A stretch of 64,000 bases of DNA from Neocallimastix sp. 'constans' (GCA_050613775.1 JBODTK010000100.1:372001-436000), one strand, 5' to 3'; positions 41,501-53,358 are shown, numbered from the stretch's first letter. A program made the numbers and translations. Notes: generated from the letters alone by a model not told the origin.

Positions 41501-42352
41501 AGCTACTAAACCGGAAGAACAAGCGGTATCTACAGTGTGGGCAGCACCGTACAAGTTATACATGAAACTAATTCTACCTGGTAAAGAAGCAGCAGCACAA
41601 CTGTGCATACTCATACCGTTAAGAATACTGTAACCGGTTGGGGAGGCATCAATAGTGTAGGTATTCATTTCATCAACTTGACCTGGAGCGGTATATACAT
41701 TAGTACGAGTACCAGAAAGGGTATCCGGGTTTATACCGGCATCTTGGAAAGCTTCATAAGTAGTTTCTAAGACCCAACGGAATTTTGGATCGAGAACGGT
41801 AGCTTCACTTGGATTCATGTTAAAGAACAATGGATCGAAATCAGTGATAGGGGAAACGTCAGAAGTACTATCGTAACGACAGTAGTTGAAAATATAATGT
41901 TCTCCAGGATTTAAGTGTTCATTGTGAGTCAGGTTGTGATGAAGAAGACGATTAGTACCAGTTGGAGAGATACAGAATCTACCACTTTCTAAACTTTTCC
42001 AATACTTATCAACGGTGTTGATACCACCTGGAAGTCTTAAAGCAATACCAACCACAGCAACTTGAATCAAGTTTTGGTATTCTGGATTAACACCTGGCTT
42101 TTGAGCCATTTGTTTTAAGGTGATAAGGAAATTGCTAAGAATTTCTAAGTTACATTGTTGGAAAAATGAGGAAAAATCAACAGCTGAGGCAGGGGCAATA
42201 CCAGCAACTTGACAAAGTTGATTTTGGAAGGCACAGAAATCCTTAGCTTCTAAACCTAAGCTAACTACTGTTTCATTAGCTGGTTTAATTTCATCCAAAT
42301 TCTTAATACTTGGAACAAAATTTTGTAATTGATTGTAAATTAAGCTAATCAT
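35600..42352 (-). CDS. Single-module type I polyketide synthase: [ACP-like]-KS-AT-DH-KR-ACP-[TE-like], 2250 aa, intronless CDS
   Basis: KS DTACSS / EGHGTGT / NIGH (C-H-H intact). AT GHSLGE and DAFHS. DH HIVMGVGCVP and FDATLH. KR GGTGGVG, AGTNDDG and GQINYCTAN. ACP LGIDSL. TE-like FFPSAEEG..GNGFG..GDHW. No ER or MT motif seen. Confidence 0.96.
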   Translation of the reverse strand: MISLIYNQLQNFVPSIKNLDEIKPANETVVSLGLEAKDFCAFQNQLCQVAGIAPASAVDFSSFFQQCNLEILSNFLITLKQMAQKPGVNPEYQNLIQVAVVGIALRLPGGINTVDKYWKSLESGRFCISPTGTNRLLHHNLTHNEHLNPGEHYIFNYCRYDSTSDVSPITDFDPLFFNMNPSEATVLDPKFRWVLETTYEAFQDAGINPDTLSGTRTNVYTAPGQVDEMNTYTIDASPTGYSILNGMSMHSCAAASLPGRISFMYNLYGAAHTVDTACSSGLVATHDAFKDLNIGETDLAIVNAAHCPFQSSGFSLLSIAKMVSRNCRCAAYDEAADGYVPGEGCVSIILKRKDDAIRDHNKIYGLINATAVGQSGSRASMSTPSAIGQKIIHEEVLKNANLTPKDIDYMEGHGTGTKLGDRIEGEAINEVFKGSHSESRPLTLASVKTNIGHTEEVSGLASLVKVLLAMKYKTIPPHLHFHKPSSSIDFDSVPLHIPTQKEEWKAHDGKNRIALVSSYGLSGSVCDAVVEEYVDPEVKEVYPVNNTYHVLTISAKNNTALTAVAEQYITLLESLDKNAPIADLCYTSNVGRQHFNYRYAVAGRNASELAAELTEFVNQNKKAVRTFKEEVGMSFTGQGSIKPGVGQELFRSQPVFHAAMEKCDAVVKKVTGVSIIDALYDQSQAHHLKKAQIAQPALFAYEYAMCMLWKSWGVEPVIVNGHSLGEIVAAAVTGAIDIDLAIDFIIERARCMGEYGEKPGAMVSIFQNEKTVKEAIEEFGYEEEVAIAAINGVTHTVISGYEEEVDDITQYFSEMNIKTKKLNVTDAFHSPLMDPAIEELNNWIEEKDDAKFRQSLKVKFISNLDGTIKPVGDRLEEDYWAKHARNAVRFVDGVKTMIESEKNLLAVIEVGPAATLSHMSARFVRETESLRGTGPTFIASSVADQNGEQYLFNALCKFYMLGGNIDWASFHKRVDPVSGKTLPLGLYDLPLYPFQRSRYWLQTEEECLKPINKNNSAAHWDLYKSLTIVNTGKNELVVTAPLTPQYVKYLWSNHIVMGVGCVPAAAYTEFIIAATRAMNNGSEEPIEVVDELLTRGPLNIKEDSEVDFILKKRGERLALYTKVDGGMENHMLNAQANLLSDSENPNIRETLPTPEKTKALIKKVLTEDNVHPGKFIYDNIKRSSLYKGGFPSVKNFGIGYDDDGTFVLISHLDSVDRSINNTRSGLNQVYLFDATLHCSAGKDCLRTQDKPEENEPFLPSSFENLVKFKQTPDECYVVHRYLKENAETDPNSEFTSFTVFDIDGNVCEHCSAFQTRRVKFEDKKENPEYEIYSIDFKEVSTVPQEILTTPYFYLIGDHHGYADAFIKYMNGKVKDFHYVKIDMPTKETCTDDLVQQNLKDLGMKESGMENETLVVVNFMGLDLERQIASSIDIGGDAFAELLRSTYESNLTFIQCFTRVIDEYDCQKSFCFISKNGTDYWKGEVDVLQGIISGISKSYWKEFPFIRTFDLDIDYTTKPEELCPRLYTEAISSVNRYNVSHEVIYTKEGLRYEGKIKRVVVPTIDYFNEVELDSSGTVLITGGTGGVGFDICRYLVKQANLKGLVLTGRRPETDEKVAGRLAEIRALNPKIKITYVTANVGSEQEMKKVFDDINSGSPEEALVGVIHTAGTNDDGLIFNQSYERFAKLINSKIEGALCIAKLTEGLNLKFTILFSSMTAFFGNRGQINYCTANMFLNKVCQFYRSHNGRKDIMSLELAAWPSGLSSIIKDDTFMFNEINSINLISNLLNHVADIPAVVFGGPVINWNRVYDSSICDPIFRAVRPADRPRIDWRTANDSEYVKTVLTSGQNSSENIAEDAAVASDPKEISKDNIFEIMETELKRILQYGENDEIDPYQSLTELGIDSLMMMEFRTILKNVTTVNIPLVVFSTQNICLFRLVEYVKGKLSKDEEEEDKEKANVITEEEKKAKEAEEQKAKEEEAKLIRDDQVDQWITAVPGCEDVEDPLNVFIFFPSAEEGEIDYSSYVEEMEDSLLFTINLPGYGERKGEAVITDWDLLVKNVTKVILQTAADSEKFKQCNTIHFVGNGFGALLAWKTLLQIQIYEDEDKDVPIISTLIISRVVAPTAERPIQLAGEVISKLPPEGIRLFLEMIGSKVDFEGEKAYLLPIIHNEYAMMDSVTNENDMKIRSKLLVLSGKQDKIINENNTSLWKKEVSDEFSEFTQHIKMRGDHWFMMKDTTKYLKNIMENLD

Positions 42353-42414
42353 TTTTTATTTTTTATTTCTTCTTAAATTTAAAAAATAATAAATACAATT
42401 CTTAAATTATTTTT

Positions 42415-42659
42415 CTAACTTTTATATTTGTTGTAAATATATTTTAAGAATTAGATAATGAAAAAAATATATATTAATAATTAAAATACATTATGTGTTA
42501 GTATTAGTAATATTAATTTATTAAATTAATGTTAATATAAAATATTTCTATTTTACATTTTAAAATTACCACTAATATACTAATAGATATAGAAATAAAT
42601 ATATAAATGGATATAGAACTATAAATATAATATATAAAAAATATTAAATTATATCTTAC
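42415..42659 (-). other. Probable spliceosomal intron in the PKS 5' UTR
   Basis: On the minus strand: AG|GTAAGA donor at 42659, a perfect TACTAAC branch site at 42503-42497, and the first downstream AGs at 42419 (AAG) and 42415 (TAG), ~65 nt before the ATG. Confidence 0.45.
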
Positions 42660-43705
42660 CTAAAAATATATATATAGTCTATTCTATTTTTTTTAAAAAA
42701 ATAAATTATATATTTTAATTATTTATAAATCTTCTTAGATATCTTGTGGAATATTAATAAATATTTAAATATTTAGATTTATTTTTTTATTTTTTATTTT
42801 TTCCTAATAAATTTTGATTAATTTATTTAAATATTCTTGTACTCCTTTCATATATGTACAATTAAAAAAAAAAATAAAGATAGTTATATAGTTATTCTTT
42901 TTTATAATATCATAAAAAAAAAAAAGTAAATAAAATTTATATGCATATAAAATTTATATATATAAATAAATATTATTAGTATTATAGTTAAATTTATAAA
43001 AATATATATATATTAATCAAACATTTATTAATATTTTATGTTATTTATTTATTAATTTAAATTTATTTATTAATTTAATCGTTTTTTTTTTTTTTTTTTT
43101 TTTTTTAAGTGAACTTATTTGTCACTTTTATTTATTTACTAATAAAGCTATAAATATATTCAACAGAATATCTTAATTTTGTTGTTTTTTATTTATTTTA
43201 TAATTATATATATATAAATATACTAATTTTAACCTCTCTATTAAAAATAAAATAAAAATTAAAGCTTTACTATTATTACATAAAATAAAATGATCTCATA
43301 CATATATTAATTTATTTATATATATAATATTTATCTTCTAAAAAAAAAAAAACTTTAAATATCACTATTAAAATAAAAATTCGAAATATTATATTTGTGC
43401 ATAAGTTAAATTACTTTTTATTTGTGTTATTTTTATGTATTAAAAATAATAACTCTTATTTTATTTTATTTTTTTTTCTAGTTAATTTTCTACTTTTTTA
43501 CAATAGTTTTTTATTGAAATATATATATATTATGATTAAGTTTAAAATAACTTTCTAAATATTACTTTTTTTTTTTTTTTGACTCTCTCTCCCTTTCTTT
43601 TTGGTAACTTTATGAAAGATTATTTATTAATAAATAAATATAATTAATTTTAATAATAGAATATTATATTTAATTATACAAAGTTGAATATATAAAGTAA
43701 ATAAA

Positions 43706-43759
<54 letters not shown>

Positions 43760-43775
43760 ATTAATATTTATATTT

Positions 43776-43814
<39 letters not shown>

Positions 43815-45129
43815 TTCTTAATTATTAAATTTTATATTATTTTTTTCCTTTATTATACTAAAAATTCTTATTGATTATTTATTATTGAAAAAAAATTACA
43901 ATATATTACAATATAAATACAATATAAATAACTTAACAATATTATTTCATTAATACCAATAATTCATTCATTTAATGTTTCATTTTCCTTTTACATAATC
44001 ACATATAAAATAGTAATATTAAATAAATTATAATTAAATAAATAAATAAAAAAAGTTTGATATATTAATTGTAAATAAAATTTATATATTTCACTTATAA
44101 TATTTATATAATCTCATTAGTATTTAATAAATTATTTATTATATATAAATATGTTTCTTTTTTTATTTTTTATTTTTTATTTTAAATAATTTTATTATAT
44201 TATTTATATATTTATATTTTATAATATATTAGAAGGAAAACATAAATATAAATATAAATTAAATATAAAATAAAAAGAATATTAAAAATAAACAAAATTT
44301 ATATTTATATAAAAGAAAAAAAAAGAAAAGAAAGATAAAGAAAAAAGTTGAATGATGGATAATAAAAAAATTATTTAATTGAATTTGTATGTAAATATAT
44401 GTATACTTTTAAACAAAAAAAAAAAAACTTTTTAGTTTGATTATCAATATATGCTGAAAATACATTAAACTAGCTAGGTTTGCTATATGTTTAAATTGCT
44501 ATCATTATATATAATTCATATATGTTTTTATTGTTTAAAAAATTAATAAAAATAAAATAAAAATAAAAAACATTATATTATATATATTTATATATATACT
44601 CTCTTGAAATAAAAGTTTTGAAGATTTCTATATTTTATTTTTACTTCTATTTTATACATAATCAAATTGTTTTAATTATTATTTTCTATTAATGTTTTAT
44701 ATTTTTTTTTTCTTTTTTATTTGAGGATAAATAAATATTAATATTAGTAACATTTGTTCTATATATTTTTTTTTCTTTAAACAAATAAAAAATCATAAAA
44801 ATAAAAATGGTATAATTAAAATTAATATAGTTTAATTAAATTTTTTATATTTTTTTTTATTCAATAATTTGATATTCAATAGAATAAAATAAAAATAAAA
44901 ATTTAGTGATGGATAAATAAAAAATTATGGAGTAAATGGATAATTAAAATAATTAAATAAAAATTTATGAAATGCTTTCTTAATATAATTATGAATAAAA
45001 ATATTAATACAATTTTATTTTGATATTATTATTAGTAGTAGTATTAGTATTAAAACTAATGCTAATAATTAATTGATATTTCCTCATCTGAAGATAATCT
45101 TTTTTTCATACTCTATTTTTATATTAATA

Positions 45130-45610
45130 AACTTATTTATTTATTTAATTATAAATCTATTATTTATTTTTTATTTATTATTTATTAATTATTTATTTAT
45201 TTATTATTTATTTATTATTTATTAATTATTTATTTATTTATTATTTATTTATTATTTATTAATTATTTATTTATTATTTATTTATTTATTATTTATTTAT
45301 TTATTATTATCTATTCAATATTTATTTATTTATTTATTTTTATTTATTATTTATTATTTATTTATTACTTATTTATTTATTATTATTTATTCAATATTTA
45401 TTTATTTATTTATTTATTATTTATTTATTATTTATTTATTTATTATTTATTATTTACTTATTTATTTATTAATTAATTATTTATTTATTTAATTATTAAT
45501 CAATTATTTATTATTTATTTATTATTTATTTATTTATTATTTATTTTTTATTTATTATTTATTTATTTATTATTATTTATTATTATTATATATTTATTTA
45601 TTATTTATTA
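45130..45610. repeat. Degenerate (TTTA/TTA)n low-complexity tract
   Basis: Almost pure A/T run of tttatttattattta variants. Confidence 0.9.
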
Positions 45611-47699
45611 TATATTATATATATGAATATATTAGAATGAGTTTACTTTTGATGAAAATTAAAACAAATAAACAATGGAAATCAATCATTTCTAATTCTA
45701 TTTTATTATTAAATAAAATTTCTATTCCTTTCCTGAAATGGAATAAAAGAAATAGAACATATTTATTGATTAGTTGTATAATAAATATTAAAAAAAGTTT
45801 GATAATTTTTTGTTTTACAAACTTTAAAAACTTTTTTTTTTAGTTATATGTTTTAATTAAAATACTGTATATTGTATTATATTATAATATATAGTTATTT
45901 AATATTTATAAAATAATAAAACATAAATAATCCTTAAATTTTAAAAATTTTATTTTACATATTTAATATATATTTTACACATCATATTTATTTATTACTT
46001 TTTATTTATTTATTTTATATATAATTTATTTGGTTAATTGATAACTTTAATTATAGAAAATTGAATAACTTTTTTATTGAATGGATAATAATTTATAGTG
46101 TAGTACCATAATTTGAGCTTCTTTACTAGTAATACTTTACAAAATAAATGATACTTAATCTTTATATTTTTAATGGAATCTTTCTTTTTTTTAATTTTCG
46201 GTATTAACAAAATTGGTATTCTATTACTAAAATTATATTTTTGGTAATATTTATATGTATGTATTTTTTTTGTGTGTATTTTGTGTGTTTCTAATATTTT
46301 AACAAATGTTTTTTTCCAAGCTATATCATATTTTAAAACATAATAAATAAAGTTTAGATTTTAATTTAATTTTAATTTAATTATCTTTATTTAAGTTTGT
46401 ATCATTTAATTAAGATTAAATAATTAGTTATAACGAATTAAAAAAAAAATGTTTTATATTAAATTTAATATATTTTAAAATTTTTAATTACTTTTAATAA
46501 ATATTATAATTTTATTGAAATTAATATTTCATTTATTTAAAAAAAATCCATACATATAAAATTATAAATGTATTAAATAATAATATATAATGGCTTAAAA
46601 GAAATAGTTGAATCATTATATATAATTATAATAATTACATTTATAATTATATAGTAATATAATTTTTTATTCCTTTTATTATATGAAAAAAATTTTCTAT
46701 TAACCCATAATTAAAATAAAAAAAAAAAGTATTAATACTAAATAAAAATTTTCAACTCCTGATTTATTGTTTTTTTAAAAAAAAATAATAATAATAAAAA
46801 ATGATTAGTATAAATTAAATAATATTAATAATTTATTTACATCTTTTCTACATAATCAATAATTGAAATAGCATTACCTATAATTAATAATTATAAATCA
46901 CTATTTAATAAAATAAACTAAAAAAAAAAGGAATAATGATTTATAATTAGAAATATGTAAAAAAAAATAGGAACATTCTTTTTTTTTTCTTTTTTCTGAT
47001 ATAAATAATCCAAAGATTTTAAAAATTGAGTTCATTGTTTGATAAAGTATTATAAATTTTAAAATCACAAATTTTTTTCAAATTTACAAAAAAAAAAAAA
47101 AAAAAAAGATATAAAATAAATTTTTTTTTTTTATTTTTTTTCTTAATAATTGAAATTAAGAAATAAAGAATTAAGATCATCATTTTACTATTTATTATTA
47201 TATTTATTATATTATTATATATGATATATATATTGTATATATAATATATAATTAAATATAAATACATCATAATAACATAAATATAAAAATCTTTTTTTTT
47301 TTTAATCTTTTTTGTGTAACATACTTTTTTTTTTTTTTAATAATTATTTTAATATGAGAAATATTCTTTTAATTTGAAAATTTTGAAAATTATCAAAAAA
47401 AAAAAACTTTATTTTTATTAAATTTAAAAAAGGATAAAAAAAATTTTTTCCTAAAAAAATGGAGTACTGTGTTTAAAAGGTTAGAATTATGTTTTATTAT
47501 AATAAAATACAAATTAGAATTATTCCTTTTTTTTAATTTTAAATCAACATTAAATAAATTATATGAAATAGAATGTCTTAAATTAAATATTATTAATATT
47601 AAAAAAAAGGTTATAAAATCACATGATATTCAAAAATTATATTATAATTTATTTTTTTTAAAAAAAAAGTTGGAATTGTGGATATTTTAAATTTATAAA

Positions 47700-48110
47700 C
47701 CTTATTTTATTTTATTTCATTTTATTTTATTTTATTCCATTGGTACTTTATAATCATATTCTACTATTTATTTCATTTTACTTTATTTTATTCCATTGGT
47801 ACTTTATAATCATATTCTACTATTTATTTCATTTTACTTTATTTTATTCCATTGGTATTTATAATCATATTCTATTATTTCTTTTTATTTTATTTTATTT
47901 TATTCAATTTGTACTTTATATTTATATTTCAACTATTTATTTTATTTTATTTTATTTTATTCAATTTGTACTTTATATTTATATTTCAACTATTTATTTT
48001 ATTTTATTTTATTTTATTTTATTTTATTTTATTTTATTTTATTTTATTTTTATTAATACTTTACTCTTTTATATCACTTCACTATTTATTTTATTTTATT
48101 TTATTTAGTA
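47700..48110 (+). repeat. Minisatellite: (TTTTA)n interspersed with a ~38-bp core (3 variant copies and 2 canonical copies)
   Basis: tattccattggtactttataatcatattctactatt occurs 3 times (slightly variant). tattcaatttgtactttatatttatatttcaactattta occurs twice (47901, 47959). Confidence 0.9.
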
Positions 48111-51004
48111 TTTAAAATAAAAGTTATATCAAAATAATCACATACAAAACCAAAACTGTCAAGACTACTATTTAATATACTTTTATTTATAAAATATGGT
48201 ATTAATATTGATTATTTTAGAAAAATATTTTTATTCATATAATAACTATAATAACTATTTCATAAATGTTTCAATTAAAAACAAATCTCAATTGTTTCGC
48301 ATTTCTTAAATAATTAAATATATTTATATTTAATTTTTTATTGCTATAATATAATTAAAATTATATATTATTGTTACATTAATGTCTAAAAAGTACAATA
48401 AAAAAAATTATATTTTAATACAGAATTGAACTATACACCTATATATTATATCTATGAAATTTACGTATTTATGAGTAATACTATTATTATTGTATTTAAT
48501 CTTTTAAAAGTTTTATCGACGAAAAATTTCAAAAAAAGTACAAAATAATATTCCTTATATTTTAGATATTAGAAAAATAAGGAAAATTTTAATTAATCTA
48601 TTTAACTTTTTTGTTATTTTATTTTATTATATTATACATTTATTACTATTACCACTATTATTATATTCATTATTATTATTTATTATTATTATTATTTATT
48701 TATTTATTATTATTTATTTATTTATTATTTATTATTTATTTATTTATTATTATTATTATGATTATGATTATGATTATTATTATTATTATTGTAGTTTTTA
48801 GGTTTTTTAGGTTTTTTTTTTTTTTTTTTTTTAGATCTGTTTGGTTTTATTTCAACATGTTTAATAAATATATATACAGATATATAGAAAGATAGAGTTG
48901 AAAAAAAAAATTTTATTTTTCATTAGTAAATATTAATTAAGAATATATTAAAATGAATTTATAATAATATGATAGATGCTTTTTAATGGATATAAAAGGA
49001 AAGCTTTTGAATTCGAATTTTTATTTATACATAGAAGCCAGGGAAAAAATAATTAATAATTAACTAAAATAGTAAGTAATAAATAAGTAATTAACTAAAC
49101 AATAAACAATAATTAATAATAAATAAATAATAAATAATAAATAATAAATAATTAAATACTAAATAATAGATAATAATAATTAAATAATAAAAAATAGATA
49201 ATAATAATTAAATAATAAAAAATAAATAAATAATAAATAATAAATAATAAATAATAAATAATAAATAATAAATAATAAATAATAGATAATAATAATTAAA
49301 TAATAAAAAATAGATAATAATAATTAAATAATAAATAATTGTAAATAATAAATAATAAATAATAAATAATAAATAATAAATAATAATAAATAATAAATAA
49401 TAAAAAATTTAATAATAAACGATATATTTAAAAATATTTAAATTTGTGGAATTTTTATAAAAAACATAATTTATTTGTGTTTTTATAAATATTTTACATT
49501 TTTAATATTATACTATTTAAATTTTACTTCGTTTTTTTTTATTAATTTTTTAATACTTTTCTCTTTTGCAATACTCTACTATTTATTTATTTATTTATTT
49601 ATTTTTTTTTTCTTACTTTTATGTTTATTTTTTTTTCATTATAATAATTCTGTGAATAGCATTAAATTATTAATATGAACTAATAAGATTTGATAATAAA
49701 TATAAAATTTAAAATTTCATTTAATTTTTTTTTTTCAATAGTAGTATGTTATACGTAAATATATATATATATATTATTTATTTTAATATTATAATCATTT
49801 ATTTAAATATTTATTTGATTAGAATAAGAATTATTAAATATAAGATAATCCAAACTTTAAAAAAAATGATTTTGATTATTTAATAAATTATTAATAACTT
49901 TTATATTCCTGGATCATTATTAGTTTATATATAAAAAATATTTCAATATCGTATAATGATTGCTTATCTCATTACATAGTTGAATCTTAAAAAAACAATC
50001 TAGGAATTTAATATAAAACTTAATTATAGAATTATTTATATTATAAATAGTAAAAGTATGTTGATTTCAAACTTTTTTTTTTATTATTCTGTTTCTTACC
50101 TATAAAAATTAAATATTGAACCAATTAAAATTTAAGGTTATACATAATGCAACAATTAATTTTGAATTGTGGGTAAAAACAAAAAAAAATTATTCTTAAT
50201 ATTGCTATCGTTTTAACACATGCAAACAAAAAAAAATTATTCTTAATATTGCTATCGTTTTAACACATGCAAATATATTAGAATATACTTTATTATATAT
50301 TAAGCAAAAATTTTAATTTGTTTTGAAATAAATAATTTATATTATATTTGGAAATTAGTATTAAAAAAAAAATGGAAAACAAAAAAAAAAAAAAAGAACA
50401 GATTTAATTAAAATTATATTATAATTATATTAAATTTTTATTATTTTATTTCTTTAATTATCAAAAGAAAAAAAAAAATTTTATTATATAAATTATTCTC
50501 TTTAACATAATGTATTTAAATATATTTAAAAATAAATAGAGAAAATATGTATGTATATTTATTAACTATTATTGACTTTATAAAGCAATAGTATTTATTT
50601 TATTTAATTATTTATTATTTATTATTTATTATTTATTATTTATTATTTATTATTTATAATTTATAATTTATTATTAAATGATTTATTATTTATTTATTTA
50701 TTATTTAATTATTTATTATATATAATTTATTATTAAATGATTTATTATTTATTATTAAATTATTTATTATTAAATTCTTTATTATTTTATTTGTTATTAT
50801 TTTTATTAATTATTATTTAAATATTATATATATATTTAATAATATTTACCCTTTATCTAATGTTTTATTATATTTGTATAAATAATATTTTATCATTTTT
50901 TTTAATTTTTTTTTTCATTGTGACAAATGGCGATTTTTCAAAAAAACAAAAAAAATTCTTTTTTCCTTTTTTAAACTTTATTAATTTTTTTTTTTTTTTT
51001 TTTT

Positions 51005-51190
51005 ACTTCCGGTGTGTTCCGCGCTTTAGCCCCACTCAAACCATGGAAATATTAAAGTCACAATACTTCGGTACTCTTTCTTATAGGCGGATCTTGTTTT
51101 TGCTGGTTGGCCTTACTAAGTGTTCAGCATTATCGCTCTGACGTGCAAATTGTTGTTGAGAATTTCTAGTATGCTTTTTCTAGAAAGTAT
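51005..51190. other. Isolated ~185-bp GC-richer island of unknown identity
   Basis: Mixed-base sequence with several CpGs (cttccggtgtgttccgcgctttagccccac...) starts right after a long T run within near-pure AT sequence. No recognisable protein or RNA family. Confidence 0.3.
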
Positions 51191-51799
51191 TATTAAATGA
51201 AATTGTGATTATGGAATAAATAAAAAACAGAAAAAAAAAGTTTAAAAAAAAAAAAAAAGGATATCATATTAAACTATTTAATTTTTTTTTTATTACTCTT
51301 TCACCCCATAAAGAATGTCATAAAGAAATAAAATTTTGAATAAAAAATTTTTGTATTAAAAATATACAACCATATTGGAAAAAATAAATAATAAATATAT
51401 GATGTATCATACATGTTAATATCTATTGAATAAAATATTTGGTTTTTTATAGTAAAAAATTTATAAAAAATTTATGAATACAAAAAAAAAATTTTTATAA
51501 AAGTTTTAAATATTTTGTACTTTATTACATTATATTCCTTAATAAATAATTAATTTAAATATAATAATTAATGTTTTAATCATATATATTTATTTTTTCT
51601 TTCTTTCTTTTCTTTCTTTTCTTTCTTTTATTTTTTTCACTTTTTTCCTTCTTTATTTTAAATTAAATTTAAAAATTATTGCATATTTAAATTATAAAAA
51701 AATGATGAATTGTATTATATAATTATTTTTAGCATTTATTATTTATAATTTTCTTTTTTTTTTTTTTTATGAAAAAAATAATAATAATAATTTTAAAGC

Positions 51800-52745
51800 A
51801 ATAAATAAAATAAAATAAAATAAAATAAAATAAAATAAAATAAAATAAAATAAAATAAAATAAAATAAAATAAAATAAAATAAAATAAAATAAAATAAAA
51901 TAAAATAAGTATCTAATATAAAATAAAATAAAATAAATAGTTGAAATATAAATATAAAGTACAAATTGAATAAAATAAAATAAAATAAAATAAAATAAAA
52001 TAAAATAAAATAAAATAAAATAAAATAAATAGTTGAAATATAAATATAAAGTACAAATTGAATAAAATAAAATAAAATAAAATAAAATAAAATAAAATAA
52101 AATAAAATAAAATAAAATAAAATAAATAGTTGAAATATAAATATAAAGTACAAATTGAATAAAATAAAATAAAATAAAATAAATAGTTGAAATATAAATA
52201 TAAAGTACAAATTGAATAAAATAAAATAAAATAAAATAAAATAAAATAAAATAAAATAAAATAAAATAAAATAAATAGTTGAAATATAAATATAAAGTAC
52301 AAATTGAATAAAATAAAATAAAATAAAATAAAATAAAATAAAATAAAATAAAATAAAATAAAATAAAATAAAATAAATAGTTGAAATATAAATATAAAGT
52401 ACAAATTGAATAAAATAAAATAAAATAAAATAAATAGTTGAAATATAAATATAAAGTACAAATTGAATAAAATAAAATAAAATAAAATAAAATTAAATAA
52501 AATAAAATAAAATAAAATAAAATAAAATAAAATAAAATAAAATAAAATAAAATAAAATATAAAATAAAATAAAATAAAATAAAATAAAATAAAATAAAAT
52601 AAAATAAAATAAAATAAAATAAAATAAAATAAAATAAAATAAAATAAAATAAAATAAAATAAAATAAAATAAAATAAAATAAAATAAAATAAATAGTTGA
52701 AATATAAAGTACAAATTGAATAAAATAAAATAAAATAAAATAAAA
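51800..52745 (-). repeat. Minisatellite: (TAAAA)n with 8 copies of the same core in inverted orientation
   Basis: taaatagttgaaatataaatataaagtacaaattgaata occurs at ~51935, 52027, 52123, 52180, 52272, 52374, 52431 and (shortened) 52690. It is the reverse complement of the core at 47901/47959. Confidence 0.92.
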
Positions 52746-53358
52746 TATATAAAATTAATAAATAACAATATAAAAAGAATTAAAAAAAATAATAAAGGGA
52801 AAAGAAAGAAAAGAAACTAATATTATTAATATTAATATAATTAAATTTACCATTCATTGAATAATTATTAATTAATAAATTATATGTATGTATATATAAA
52901 AGGAATTTTAAAAATATTAATATATAATTAATAGTAAAGTATAATCAATAATTAAAAATAAAAAATATTAGAATAACAAATAAAAAAAAAAATTTTTTTA
53001 TAAAAATTTCTTTTATAAAGGTTGTTCTTCTCAACTTTTTATTTTATCTTGATCGTCCTCATCACCTAATTTTTTTTTTTTTGTTGCTGCTGTTGATTGT
53101 TTCTTTGTCTAATAATTAAATAAAAAAAAACAAAAAAAAAAATAAAATCATTTCTTTCAGAAATTCAATAATTTATTATTATTACTTTATTATTACTATT
53201 ATCACTATTATTATTATTATTATTATAATTATTATTTTCAATTATTATTATTACTTTATTTCAAAAATATGAATAATAAACACTTATTTAAAAATATCAA
53301 TAATTAGACACATGAATTTACAAAATAAATATTTATTTATGTTTTATAATTATGTCTT

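Noticed and set aside
33325..42352. Biosynthetic gene cluster of PKS plus HAD hydrolase
   Set aside because: The HAD is a truncated, stop-containing fragment beside TE debris, so there is no evidence of a functional cluster.
50177..50272. Short perfect tandem duplication (~47 bp, ..ttattcttaatattgctatcgttttaacacatgcaaa)
   Set aside because: It is real, but an isolated two-copy slippage event with no sign of function.
51005..51190. RNase MRP/P RNA call based on minus-strand GGGGCT..AGCGCGG
   Set aside because: The matching CR-I motif (GAAAGTCCCC-like) is absent and the island is short.
51930..52730. Constant core containing GTTGAAAT with variable gaps, superficially like a CRISPR array
   Set aside because: The gaps are pure (TAAAA)n of varying length and carry no information.
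45637..52768. F/I/L/Y-rich ORFs resembling membrane proteins
   Set aside because: They are translations of (TTTTA)n and similar microsatellites.
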